Shown piece by piece: positions 1 through 10,654 of a stretch of DNA of 64,000 nucleotides. The notes under the pieces are model-generated. The model was given only the letters and a program-made list of their open reading frames with translations, was not told the DNA's origin and made no database searches. This DNA is from Selaginella moellendorffii. Lineage: Eukaryota; Plantae; Lycopodiophyta. The position numbers and the translations under genes are program-made. Within the stretch, counting starts at the first letter, position 1; each line of letters opens with the position of its first letter. The stretch lies in NCBI RefSeq assembly GCF_000143415.4, contig NW_003314345.1:576574-640573 (forward strand), in the 5' to 3' direction.

Positions 1-207
1 TCTCCCACCAAAGTATCCAAACGGTGCTCCTCCATCCAAGAAACCCAAAGACTAGAAATAAGCTCTCTCTTTTTTCTTCACATAAATCAAACCATATTAT
101 TTTGATGATCAAAGCCACAACGTTTACAATGTTTAACGTTTAAGCCTACTATATGTTGATATCATTCATTCTATGATACCAAGCTTTTAGAAACTCCGAG
201 CCATCGT

Positions 208-1989
208 CTAGTATCCCGGACCCGCGACTTCTCCTTCGTTCTCGCCATCGTAGCCGCCACCGCCACCACTGCCCGACCCCGACCCGGATCCATATCCACT
301 GCCTCCATTTCCACCATAGCCAGATCCCGAGCCAGTGCCAGCGCCGGAGCCGGAGCCATAGCCACTCCCTCCATTTCCACCAGTTCCATAGCCAGAGCCG
401 GAACCAGAGCCGGAACCGTAGCCACTTCCGCCACCATTTCCCCCGCTCCCATAGCCACTTCCAGTTCCAGAACCAGAACCATGGCCTTCGCCACCTTTGG
501 CACCTTCGCCATAACCAGAGCCAGAGCCAGAGCCCGAGCCATATCCACTTCCAGCACCGTGTCCCGGAGCATATCCATCGCCACCTTTGGCACCCTCGCC
601 GTAGCCAGAACCGGAACCAGAGCCCGAGCCATATCCACTTCCAGCACCGTGTGCCGGCGCATAGCCGTCACCACCTTTGGCACCTTCGCCATAGCCAGAG
701 CCTGAGCCTGAGCCTGAGCCATATCCACTTCCAGCGCCGTGTCCCGGAGCATAGCCATCGCCATGTCCCGGAGCATAGCCATTGCCGTAACCAGAGCCGG
801 AACCAGAGCCCGAGCCATATCCACTTCCACTTCCAGCACCGTGTCCTGCACCCGCACCAGAGCCATAGCCGCTTCCACTTCCAGCACCGTTTCCACTGCC
901 ACTTCCACTCCCATAGCCGCTTCCACTTCCAGCACCGTGTCCCGCGCCACCTCCATAGCCAGAGCCGGAGCCAGAGCCACTTCCAGAGCCACTTCCATAG
1001 CCGGAGCCGGCGCCAGTGCCTTTACCATATCCCGAGCCACTTCCACTTCCAGAGCCAGCTCCATATCCGGTCCCAGCACCGTAGCCTTTACCGGCGCCAG
1101 AGCCGCTTCCACCACCGTAGCCAACTCCAGCGCCGAGTCCAAGCCCGGCACCCGAGCCACCACCTACGAGTCCGTCAACCACGTTGCCAACTCCGTTGCC
1201 TACATGGCGAGCAATGTCACCGAGCAGACCGTCGGGTTGAACGCCAGCAGTGGAAGCCGGGTGGCCGGGCTCGTGGTTCTCCGTGTGGATCCCACCAGTG
1301 TGACCAGGAATGTGGTTGTCCGTGTGAGCATCACCGTGACCAGGCTTGTGGTGCTTCGACGAGAAGTCCTGATGACCAGGCTTGTGGTTGCTTGTCGAAA
1401 CATCCGCAGCTACAGTGGCAAAAGATTGAGCGACGGCATCACCGTGACCGGGCTTGTGGTTCTCCGTATGAACTCCACCAGTGTGACCGGGCTTGTGGTT
1501 CTCCGTAGAAACTCCACCGGTGTGACCAGGCTTGTGGTTCTCAGTCGAAACTCCACCGGTGTGACCAGGTTTGTGGTTGTCAGTTGAAACTCCACCAGTG
1601 TGACCAGGCTTGTGGTTGTCAACGTGAACTTCTGGCTTGTGATTGTTCGTTGACGCGTCCGAGTGACCGGGCTTGTGATTTTTCGTTGACATCTCTCCCG
1701 CTGTCCAATACGGCGGTATAGCTGCGTCAGGCTTGTGGTTCTCTGTGTGAAACCCACCGGTGTGCCCGGGCTTGTGATTGTTCGTCGACACGTCCGAGTG
1801 GCCAGGCTTGTGATCATCTGGCTGGACCACGCCATGCCCGGGCTTGTGGTTCTTCACGGAGCCTCCAAACTCAGGGTGATCGTAAGAGTCTGCATTGCCA
1901 ACCAACGTCTTGTCGCGAGCTTCAGCAACCTGCAGGACGAGGATCGACAAGAGACAAGTTAGCACAACAATCGGCTTGAGTAGCTCCAT
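208..1989 (-). CDS. Secreted glycine-rich (cell-wall GRP-like) protein with an N-terminal His-rich NHKPGH repeat region, 593 aa, intronless
   Basis: Hydrophobic signal peptide (MELLKPIVVLTCLLSILVLQVAEA), about 15 xxHKPGH-type repeats, then GSGSGYG/GAGSGYG repeats to the C-terminus. TATATATA at ~2094-2101 upstream. Confidence 0.85.
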   Translation of the reverse strand: MELLKPIVVLTCLLSILVLQVAEARDKTLVGNADSYDHPEFGGSVKNHKPGHGVVQPDDHKPGHSDVSTNNHKPGHTGGFHTENHKPDAAIPPYWTAGEMSTKNHKPGHSDASTNNHKPEVHVDNHKPGHTGGVSTDNHKPGHTGGVSTENHKPGHTGGVSTENHKPGHTGGVHTENHKPGHGDAVAQSFATVAADVSTSNHKPGHQDFSSKHHKPGHGDAHTDNHIPGHTGGIHTENHEPGHPASTAGVQPDGLLGDIARHVGNGVGNVVDGLVGGGSGAGLGLGAGVGYGGGSGSGAGKGYGAGTGYGAGSGSGSGSGYGKGTGAGSGYGSGSGSGSGSGSGYGGGAGHGAGSGSGYGSGSGSGNGAGSGSGYGSGAGAGHGAGSGSGYGSGSGSGSGYGNGYAPGHGDGYAPGHGAGSGYGSGSGSGSGYGEGAKGGDGYAPAHGAGSGYGSGSGSGSGYGEGAKGGDGYAPGHGAGSGYGSGSGSGSGYGEGAKGGEGHGSGSGTGSGYGSGGNGGGSGYGSGSGSGSGYGTGGNGGSGYGSGSGAGTGSGSGYGGNGGSGYGSGSGSGSGGGGGYDGENEGEVAGPGY

Positions 1990-2629
1990 ATGATCATGCA
2001 GAACAGTAGCGCAGCCAAGATGAACGAGAGCCGAATGAATAAAAATGAGACAATGAAACGAGAATGAATGCTAGAAACCAGCAGCAAGGATAGTATATAT
2101 AAGGAAGCAAACCAACTTGCAGAGGAGATCAAGAGCAATGGAGACCCACCACGTAATGCGTGGTCCTTGTCATGGCCACTAACCGATGCCCAATAAGCAG
2201 CAACAGATACACTGCTCGCAATGATAACGGAGAACATCATTTGCTTACACTTGGTGGAAGTGGCTTAGCTCCAAGTGTGAACGCCAACGTGTTCGAAAGG
2301 TCTGCAGACGCAAAAGCTGCAACAGAGTCAGGACCGGTGAGTGGAAACTAGCGAGACCTTACATACCAGTTGCTTCTTTGACAAAACAAGAGCCACTCTC
2401 ATCTGCGGGACCCGATGGTCACTTGCGATTGCCCATCTTTTCGTCACGTCAAGTTCTCCCAAAACACGAAATATGCGACCATCCAAAACCACTTCGCCAT
2501 CAGAATCCTCCTCTCCAGCCTGCTTATTTTATAAAGCCGGGATCTTGGACCAGATTTGGGGTGCAGGATAGAGCACGCAATTACCTGAGCCAACTCGCAA
2601 GCTTAAACAACGAGGTTTTTGTTCCCTCA

Positions 2630-3354
2630 TTATTCTCTCCGCGTTGTTGAAAGCCGCTTGTAATCCAAAAGTTGGGCAGCGAAAGCGAGATCGTCGTTGT
2701 GGACGCCAGAAGGTGAGAGGGGAGCCTTGTCACTGCAGAACAGTAGAGCTTTCATCATTGCCACAAGAAAAGAGAAAAACAAACCTGTCGCTCTTGTTCC
2801 CAGTTTCAAGTGGAAAATAGCTTGGGGAAACCAAGCGTTGGAAAGACTCAAGCATTTCTGGTCGAGCCTGAGATATCACGGAAGGTAGAGACGGAAGTTC
2901 CAGCTTTTCCATCTCCTCTAAAGAAACTCGATTTAAGAGACAGTTATGGAATGAAAATCCAAGCTCACCTCTAAACAGTGAAGAGCTCGCGTGGTTATTT
3001 GCTGCTTCGTTCTCCTCGAAGTCCAAGTCCAAGTCTTTTGGAAGTGGCAATACCTACAATCAATCCATCCACTCCTCCCACCAACACGAAATCTAAACAC
3101 TCCACTCACCGGAACGACGACACCGCTGGTGAATTGCGATCCCTGGAGCAATTTCCTGCAAAATCTCCTCTCTAGCAAATCCAGACGAGAACCGTTCATG
3201 AATCGATAACCTCTTCCAGACGGGCGGAGCTGCCAGATCCTGCTCTCGGCGACGCTTGCCGTCATTGCTGGCCTGGAAATCAGCTACATCAGAGAGGAGA
3301 GACAGAGATCGAGCCTACCGGATTGCCAAACGCTCCAAGATTTTGAGGCGCCAT
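2630..3354 (-). CDS. Possible small spliced gene of unknown function (exon structure ambiguous)
   Basis: ATG at 3354 and several gt..ag intron-like segments linking ORFs 2933-3265, 2730-3050 and 2630-2851. No recognisable domain, and first-intron choices give conflicting frames. Confidence 0.3.
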
Positions 3355-3595
3355 GCCCAAGAACCCTAGAGTCTTGGCGGGAAGAAAATTTTAAAAGCGT
3401 ATAAGAAGAGAATCAGTCACAAACTATCAAAAATATGCTCCACTTTACCACACGTAGATAGCTGTAACAAAACAAGAAAACTAGCTTAAGCATGAAGATA
3501 AAATCGGCATAAGAAATTTCATCCATTGGGCTGAGCATCCAATGATCAAGGCTTGAACGAATAAAGAAGAGCTTGCGCTGTTCAAGAGAAACTCC

Positions 3596-6054
3596 ATGGC
3601 GTTCCAGCATTTCTGGAAGATCATCGTCCTCCCAGCGCTCTTGTGTTTGAGCGTCACTTCATCTGGAAGAGCCTACGATGATCCCACTACCAAAGTGAGT
3701 AGTAAATTCTCGACTGATAGAAAGAGCGATCGCTTACCTGTGTTGTGTGTTCGTAGACTTATGTTGTTTACATGGGAGGAAAACAAGCCGGGATCGAGCC
3801 AGCATCGGTCACTGCAGGACACCATCAAATCCTTGCGCAAGTCTTTGGAAGGCAAGCTAAAGAACTTACAGATCGTCGCGATTTTTTGCTTTCTTTCCTC
3901 CTGGCTGATAGACGACATCCTTTTTCTTCATTTCCAGCATGGAGATGGCAGCGAGCAAGATCCGGTATAGTTACAACTATGCTTTCAGTGGATTCTCGGC
4001 AACACTGACAGCGGATGAAGCTGAAAAGATAAAAGGTGATCAGCTGAGAATACAAAACAAGAGGAGAAAATCTCACCTTTTGATCTTGCAGGAATGCCCG
4101 GAGTTGTGAGCGTTTTTCGCAGCAGAAACATCCAGCTGCATACTACCAGATCGTGGGACTTCCTAGGCCTCTCACTGTCCAAACAAGTCCCATTAAATGC
4201 ATCCTCAGACGTGATAGTCGGTCTACTAGATACTGGTACGTACCTTGGTTCTTGTCTCGCTGGTTTTCTCTAACTCTGGCTTCGTGAAGGCATTTGGCCG
4301 GAATCCAAGAGCTTCAGTGACGCCGGCATGGGACCTGTACCGTCGAGATGGAAAGGACAATGCGTAAACGGTGCCACTAACGTCTCGGAAAAAGTTATAT
4401 GCAACAGGTACCTCATCCTCGTATTGCATGGCTCCTGTTCGACTTGAAAGGATGTTCTCGCAGGAAAGTAATTGGAGCTCGCTACTACGAGCTCGGCGTA
4501 AGCCAGAGGAGATATGAATCCGGCAGGGACGAGATCGGGCACGGATCACACACAGCGTCCACAGCTGCAGGAAGAGAAGTTCCAGGAGCAAACTCAGACG
4601 GGACAGCCAAAGGAACAGCTCGAGGAGGCTTACCGGGAGCTCGGATCGCCGTGTACAAAGTCTGCTGGATCTTCAAAAAGTGTAGCGACGACGGGATCCT
4701 GGCTGCCTTTGACGACGCTATAAAAGATGGAGTCGACATCCTGTCCATCTCGCTCGGTGCCGAGACGCCAGCGTCGTTCGACCAAGACAGCGTTGCGATT
4801 GGAACCTTTCATGCCGCTCAGCACGGGATCAGTATTTCAACCTCGGCTGGAAACAGTGGTCCGATGATGGGATCCATCGCAAACTTTGCTCCTTGGATGT
4901 TAAGCATCGCTGCAAGCACTACGGACAGGGGCGATAGCTCTTTGACATCAGAATCGGTATAGTAGCAAGCTTTTCACTTTGAAAAAAATTTCAGCATGTT
5001 TACTTGGAATTTTCTCAGCCCAGCCAAGGACTGCCAACTTCAAGCGCACCAGTCATTCCGTATTTCTCAGCAAGAGGACCTAGCAGATTCAGTCCAAGCA
5101 TTCTCAAAGTAAGAAGCTGCAAGCTCTCCAAAGCACAAAGTTAACTCAGACCTTTGTTCTCTGCTTTCTTTTCTTGTTCCATGCTCGAAGCCGGATGTTG
5201 CTGCTCCGGGAGTTCACATCCTTGCAGCTTGGCCTGACAACATAGCCACCGAGAATGGAGAAATTAACCAACAGTTTGGATTTCTTACCGGAACATCCAT
5301 GGCCTGTCCTCATGCCACGGGAGTCATCGCTTACGTGAAATCGCTCCACCCGAAATGGAGTCCAGCGGCTATCAAGTCGGCCATCATGACAACAGGTAAA
5401 GCTTTCTTCTTCCCTGCAAACGAAAGAAAAAGAAAAACCGTGAGAACGTGATCTAAGACTTCGCTTGTTCTTGCAGCAAACAATCTAGACAATACCAAGA
5501 AAGTGATGAAGGTCGACTCTGGAGACACTGGAACTCCATTCGACTATGGAACCGGAGAAGTCCAGCCGGTCCTAGCAGCTGATCCTGGCCTTGTCTACGA
5601 TCTGGACGTCGCAGACTACGTGACTCACCTTTGCAGCGATGGATTCACCTCGGCCCAGCTGCGAACAATCTCTGGAAACCCAAACATTACTTGTCCATCG
5701 CCCAAGAAGCATCCCCGGCCTCCTCTCAACTATCCCTCTTTCTCCTTCCCGGCGCTCGAAATCGCGGTCCCCCAGTCATCCCAGCGGACGCTCACAAACG
5801 TCGGCCCCGAGAAAGCATCCACCTACACCGCTACCATCACCAATGCCGAGGCTTCCACAGCCGCGTCTATCACCGTGGCGCCTTCCAAGCTCGCCTTCAC
5901 CAAGATCGGCCAGAAACTCGCCTACACGCTCACCGTGAATGCCTCCGCGGCGCCAAGCTCGCCGATCGAGTGGGCGTTCGCGTGGATCAGCTGGAGCGAT
6001 GGGAAGCACCAGGTCAAGAGTCCCATCGCCATGAAGATAAACCCTAAATCCTGA
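3596..6054 (+). CDS. Subtilisin-like serine protease (plant SBT, S8A), multi-exon, apparently lacking the PA domain
   Basis: Signal peptide; I9 prodomain ([30 protein letters not shown]); catalytic D (LLDTG), H (GHGSHTAST), oxyanion N (SAGNSGP) and S (GTSMACPH); C-terminal [25 protein letters not shown]; GT-AG introns keep the frame. Confidence 0.92.
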
Positions 6055-6167
6055 CCGGAATGTAGGGCTCTTTAAAATCTTGTAGAGAATATGCCAAATT
6101 TGAATTCAAATTTGCCCTAATAATGGTAATGAATTTCTTTCATGGCAAAGCGCTAGATCCAAGAAGT

Positions 6168-6400
6168 GGCGATTGGGAGTAAGCAATGTCATGGATGACA
6201 TTGCTTACTGAACAGTGCAAACGACGTTATCTTTTTCTTTTGACTCTGAAGATCCAAAACGATGACATGGCAAATACAGCTGACCTCGCGAGTAGTAGAA
6301 GTTTTTGCAGTAGCTCCTGCTGGGATCGAATCCATTACGAAGAAGTTCGCTGGAACCATCTAAAGAGCCGAAAACCCGGGAGATCTTGATCTTGGATGGC
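6168..6400 (-). pseudogene. Internally deleted decayed copy of the WWE-ART gene at 8096-9011
   Basis: Shares blocks gcgattgggagtaag, ccaaaacgatgaca, gacctcgc..gtagaag, gaatccatt and gagatcttgatcttggatggc with 8100-8820, in collinear order. Confidence 0.7.
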
Positions 6401-6550
6401 AGATCTAGTTGACCATCGAGCCAAAGCCTTCATGGGAATATCAACAATTCCAGCAAGGTGTGAGCTACCTATAGTTACGCATGGGTTTTACTCGAAAAAC
6501 TTGAACTTGTATGGTTGTCTTGTAAATCAATAACAATTTATCAACAGAAA

Positions 6551-6780
6551 GTAGCGATTTGGAAACGATGCTATCTTTTTCCTGGCTTTGAATATCCAAA
6601 ACGATGACAACGCGAGAGAGCGGCAATAATGACTTGGAGATCTTGATCTTGGATGCAGGTCTTACACTGTCATCTTTTTTCAAGTCGACCACAGTGAGCG
6701 CGAGAAGAAGGCGATTTTGGCCGTGCCCGAGCTCTTGGTGGCGAGGATACGTCGTTCCATCGTCGCAGCCAATAAAGAAC
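6551..6780 (-). pseudogene. Second internally deleted copy of the WWE-ART gene
   Basis: ORF 6465-6959 contains DDGTT, LALTVVDLKK, SKIKISKS and LSRVVIVLDIQS, i.e. WWE pieces fused directly to the ART C-terminal strand. Confidence 0.75.
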
Positions 6781-8095
6781 TTTTTTTGATCGCTTCTTTC
6801 GCGGCGAAATTGCCCGGCTGTCCTCGTGATCTCCAAATCCCCACGTTGCGCCCTGGGCCTAGATGAGCGCGCAAAATCAATCCAAATCATGCTCTTGTAG
6901 CCCAGGAGCTCTTGAAAATCGAAATTAACCTGGAGCGGCAGATCGCGGAGCTCCACCATTCCTTTGATTGCGCGAAGAACTCGAGCGCGCGCCCTAACCC
7001 TCTCAAAATTTTGGCGCCAAAATCAAATTTGGTGTCATTGCTTGAACGTTTTGGAAACAATGATGCTCACAATGCTGTCCTCTTGTCTTGAGGAGCTGAG
7101 ACATGGTCAAGGTACTTTGCTTTTGTCATCCAAGCGCTATTCTCTCAACGTTTAAAACTCTACTATCTGCCAAGAAGTTTTCCCCCTCCAAGGTTTTAGT
7201 CAAGAGCCTCCTCTATCGTCTGATGAAGCATTTCCAGAGTCAAGGAAGATGTTTTGATCAACCATAATACTAGTTTATAAATAAGTGTAATTTCTGCCCT
7301 TTTCATACAGGGACCGCTTGGAGCTGTTCAAGCCAGGGACATTTTCCAAAGCTTGGTTCGTTCTTTTATTTCTATTACGTCTGTGTCATCTCTGATTTTT
7401 CCAGGCATCCTCACCGATTTACTTGAAAATCAACAGACATATGGGAGAAGCAAGGAGTTTCAAAGAAGAAGTTACTAGAGAGATCAACACCAGATACACC
7501 TGTACAACATGAAGACAGTTCAAAACTGGTCCAAGCTACACGCAGCAAAGTCGATGGACGTCGGCTAAAGACTTCCTGCTTGATTTCATCAGAGAACATT
7601 ATGGAGAAATTGCAATTCCGCTCCAATAGTTCTGAATTGGAAGGGTTTATACATTGGTAATGTAGATTAGTCTGGAGTTATATATTGGAATCAAAGGGTT
7701 TATACATAGAAAACCAATCTAAAACGTTGAATGTCTTAAAAACCAATGAAAAGAGCCAATGTAGCCCATCTAAAAAACATGTGTGTGTGTTTTTTAAAAA
7801 AAATTCTTGTGAAAAGGCATGCCATGTGGACCAAAAGAGGAAGTAAACAACATCAAGAAGACTGAGTGATTTTGTTCATACTCACTAAATTACCTATCAA
7901 TGTAGTACCTTAACCCCATCTAACACTGAAGTATATATAACCTTTCATAATCTTCCTCCGTTAGAGGCTGGCTGCTACAAAAGATTAGCATAAAAGATTA
8001 GTTTAATTGCATAAGACTAGCATAAGTGATTAGTCTAATTGATTGGCATATAAGATTAGAAAAAAATGTACTAAAATATCTTCCTGCTCAAAAAG

Positions 8096-9011
8096 CTAAA
8101 TCCAAAAGGTAGCGATTGGGAGTAAGTAATGTGGTGTCCCGCATGGAACTACGCAAATGTTGCCATCTTTTGTTTTGCTTTGAATATCCAAAACGATGAC
8201 AACGCGTGAGAGCTGATGGCCGCGGCGGCAATAATCTCTAGCAAACACGGCCGACCTCGCAAAGTAGAAGTCTGCGTGGCAGCTCTTGCTGAATCCATTG
8301 CGAAGAATGGAATCGATGTTAACCTCGGGAGTCCCGTGGAAGCCGATGCCAATCGATCCCATCTCCGTTCCTATACTTCCAATTAGATCGCATTGGAAAG
8401 AAGATGGAAACTTTACCTCTTTCCGGGTTGTAGAAAGCCTCACAAAACTTGCTATAGATCGGATGCTTCTCCCGCTCCCCGGGCGTGACCACGTAAGGAC
8501 TCAGCTTCATGTCACTCCCTCCATGCACTTTCTCCAGGAACTCTGCGAGTTTGTTGTCCACGAGCCAGTCCAGCCACTGTTTTCCAGTGAGCTTTGATCC
8601 CTCGGAGCACTCGCCGGGCACTGGAACCAGCTGAAGAGCCGAGTGATGCCACACCGGCACCATGCGCTGCGAGCTTGCATCTATGGAATCTGGCGAGCTT
8701 GCATCCATGGAGTCTGGCGAGGTTGCAGCCATGGAGTCTGGCGTGGAGCTAGAGTCTGGCTTGGATCCAGACTCTGGCGTGGAGCTAGACTCTGACTTGG
8801 AGATCTTGATCTTGGATGGCTTGCGGCCCCAGGTCTTGGACACTGTCATCTTTTTCAAGTCGACCACCGTGAGCGCCAGGCATCCCGAGAAGAAGGCGAA
8901 TTTGGTCGTGCCGGAGCTCTTGGCGGCGAGGATCCTCTCGGACAAGAACTTGGATTCGCACTCCTTCCACGTCGTTCCATCGTCCCTGCTGATCCACACT
9001 TGGTCCGTCAT
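8096..9011 (-). CDS. WWE domain + Ser/Asp-rich linker + minimal PARP-like ADP-ribosyltransferase domain, two exons (~290 aa)
   Basis: N-terminus VWISRDDGTTWKECE...VVDLKKMTVSKTWG fits the WWE pattern. A 46-nt GT-AG intron (8416-8371) joins ORFs 8319-9011 and 8096-8443 in frame. C-terminus FHGT..I.SILRNGF..FYFA..A..Y..ICVV..YLLP matches the ART/PARP core. Confidence 0.75.
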
Positions 9012-9494
9012 ACTACCGCTTTTTAAAGTAACCTAGCTCAAAAATGCCCGTGTCCGCTTTGATCGGCCTTAAAATTCATAGCACAGATCAAAATGTTGCG
9101 CCAAACTTGCTTATTTCAATCTGTTTTTGGCTGAATTTTATTAAATGATTGGTAGGATCAGATTCGATCTTGCATGGCTGCTACCTTCATCTTCCAACGC
9201 CATTGCCTCCTTCTCTCATTCTTCCACTGGAATTCTTCTCGCGTCGGCAGCATCCTCCTCCCGAGGAGCTGAGGCCGTGCACAGTCGAGAGTCTCCTCCT
9301 GGAGGTACCGGCAAAATCATCCAGGCTTCAGCGATGCCGTCTTCTTCTTCTCCTACGCGCTACTGCCACCCCATCTGCTTCCTGCGTGTTCTCCTCCGGG
9401 CTTGCCTCTACGATCGCGCGCGAAGAGCTCCTGCCCGAGATAGTCTTTTCCCTGGCACCTTGCACGGCTTTGGCGACGACTCGATGCCGAGGTA

Positions 9495-9830
9495 TGTGCA
9501 ACGCCAAGATCACCGCTCTGTGCAAGGAGGCCTGGCTGGACGCTGCTCTGCCGGAGTATGACTGCTGAGGAAGTGGCCGCCAGCCACCATCTTCCAGCCA
9601 TACACGGCCAGGCCCCTGCAAGCTGAAGCGGCTGGAGCAGGCCTTGATCTCAGGTGATCGATCTCTTGGGGCGCAGCAACAACTCCCAAATCGGAAAGAT
9701 GGACGAGGCGCTGAACCAGCTGGAGAGGATGCCCGAGACTGGAAGCTCTCCGGACGTGGTTACTTACACCACTCTCATGAATGGCTTCAAGTTGGCGAGG
9801 CTGGACGATGCGTAGCTTCATGGAGAATGA
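9495..9830 (+). pseudogene. Degenerate pentatricopeptide-repeat (PPR) gene fragment
   Basis: Translates to NAKITALCKEAWLDAA and GKMDEALNQLERMPETGSSPDVVTYTTLMNGFKLARLDDA*, with stops and frameshifts. Confidence 0.75.
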
Positions 9831-9954
9831 CGCCGTGCATACTCTCGGCGAGATGAGGAGGAGGAGCTGTTCGTCTTGCTTTACCTCCACTGAGAAGATG
9901 AGGTGTGTCTTGAAGCTGTGATAATGAATATTGACATGACTGACCATGTAAACA

Positions 9955-10575
9955 TAGTGGTAAGCTTTTGAGAGTAATAAAGCATTTCGCTTGCCTGATG
10001 AATTCTTCCAGTTCGTCAACAACTAAGTTACAAAGGTGGCTTCAACCAGAGGTCCCTCACAGACAGGAAGTTCAGGCAAGTTTATGAAATGACAATGGAG
10101 AACTTGGGCGACGCCTCTCTTCTCTTTATCTCAGCTCAACACAACGATCAAGCGCAAAGATCGACCAATCTAGAATCTCCAAAATCCGCAAATGGGTTCT
10201 TCCAAGGACGAAGCGCCGGCCTGGAGCATTGAGAATGCTGGGGATGGTGGGCGACAATCGACCAAAACGCTATGTATTTTCCAAAGATATCCTGCCATAC
10301 GGTTTAAGTAGATGGTATTGTTATTTTATTATCGGAGCCCGGTTGCTGAGATGATGGCTATGAGGTAAGTGTAGAGGTAAACCGTTGTAGAAGACCCGGG
10401 TTCGATGCCGAAGAGTCCAACCAACAAGGACTTTATGCAAAAGTTTTTTGCTCAATAAGTAGCCCTATTTCTGGTTTGGTAGCTCACTAAAAAAGCTTAG
10501 ACCAGTCGGTTAAGACCCTGGTCTCCCAAACAATAGCTCTGAGGTTCGATTCTTGTTTGTATCTATAGATAGAAT
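9955..10575. repeat. Direct repeat copy 1 (~600 bp), second copy at 12684-13283
   Basis: Near-identical sequence, e.g. caggcaagtttatgaaatgacaatggagaa...gaagacccgggttcgatgccgaagagtccaa...agcttagaccagtcggttaagaccctggtctccc. Confidence 0.9.
10494..10556 (+). other. tRNA-like relic / Pol III A-box + B-box inside the direct repeat (also ~13207-13268)
   Basis: TAGACCAGTCGG (A-box-like) 45 nt upstream of GGTTCGATTC (B-box), which is canonical tRNA spacing. Acceptor and anticodon stems do not pair, so it is not a functional tRNA. A second B-box-like GACCCGGGTTCGATGCC lies at ~10393-10409. Confidence 0.4.
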
Positions 10576-10654
10576 AGAGTGGGAAAATGCGGCAATAATC
10601 CTTGCAAAGCTTGAGCCCTAGTTTATTTTTCCCCTTCTCCATCATCGTTTCGCT

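Noticed and set aside
171-1587. Long overlapping ORFs (171-1163, 651-1508, 739-1587)
   Set aside because: Alternative-frame shadows of the Gly/His repeat CDS. Low-complexity repeats lack stop codons.
7060-7660. Exon-like pieces on the plus strand (MMLTMLSS..., EKQGVSKKKLLERS...)
   Set aside because: No consistent spliced ORF or recognisable domain could be assembled.
10340-10423. Possible intact tRNA or tmRNA 3' end (…GACCCGGGTTCGATGCCGAAGAGTCCAACCA)
   Set aside because: Has a T-loop-like motif and CCA, but no pairing acceptor or anticodon stems. The CCA is not conserved in the second copy (ccaatca).
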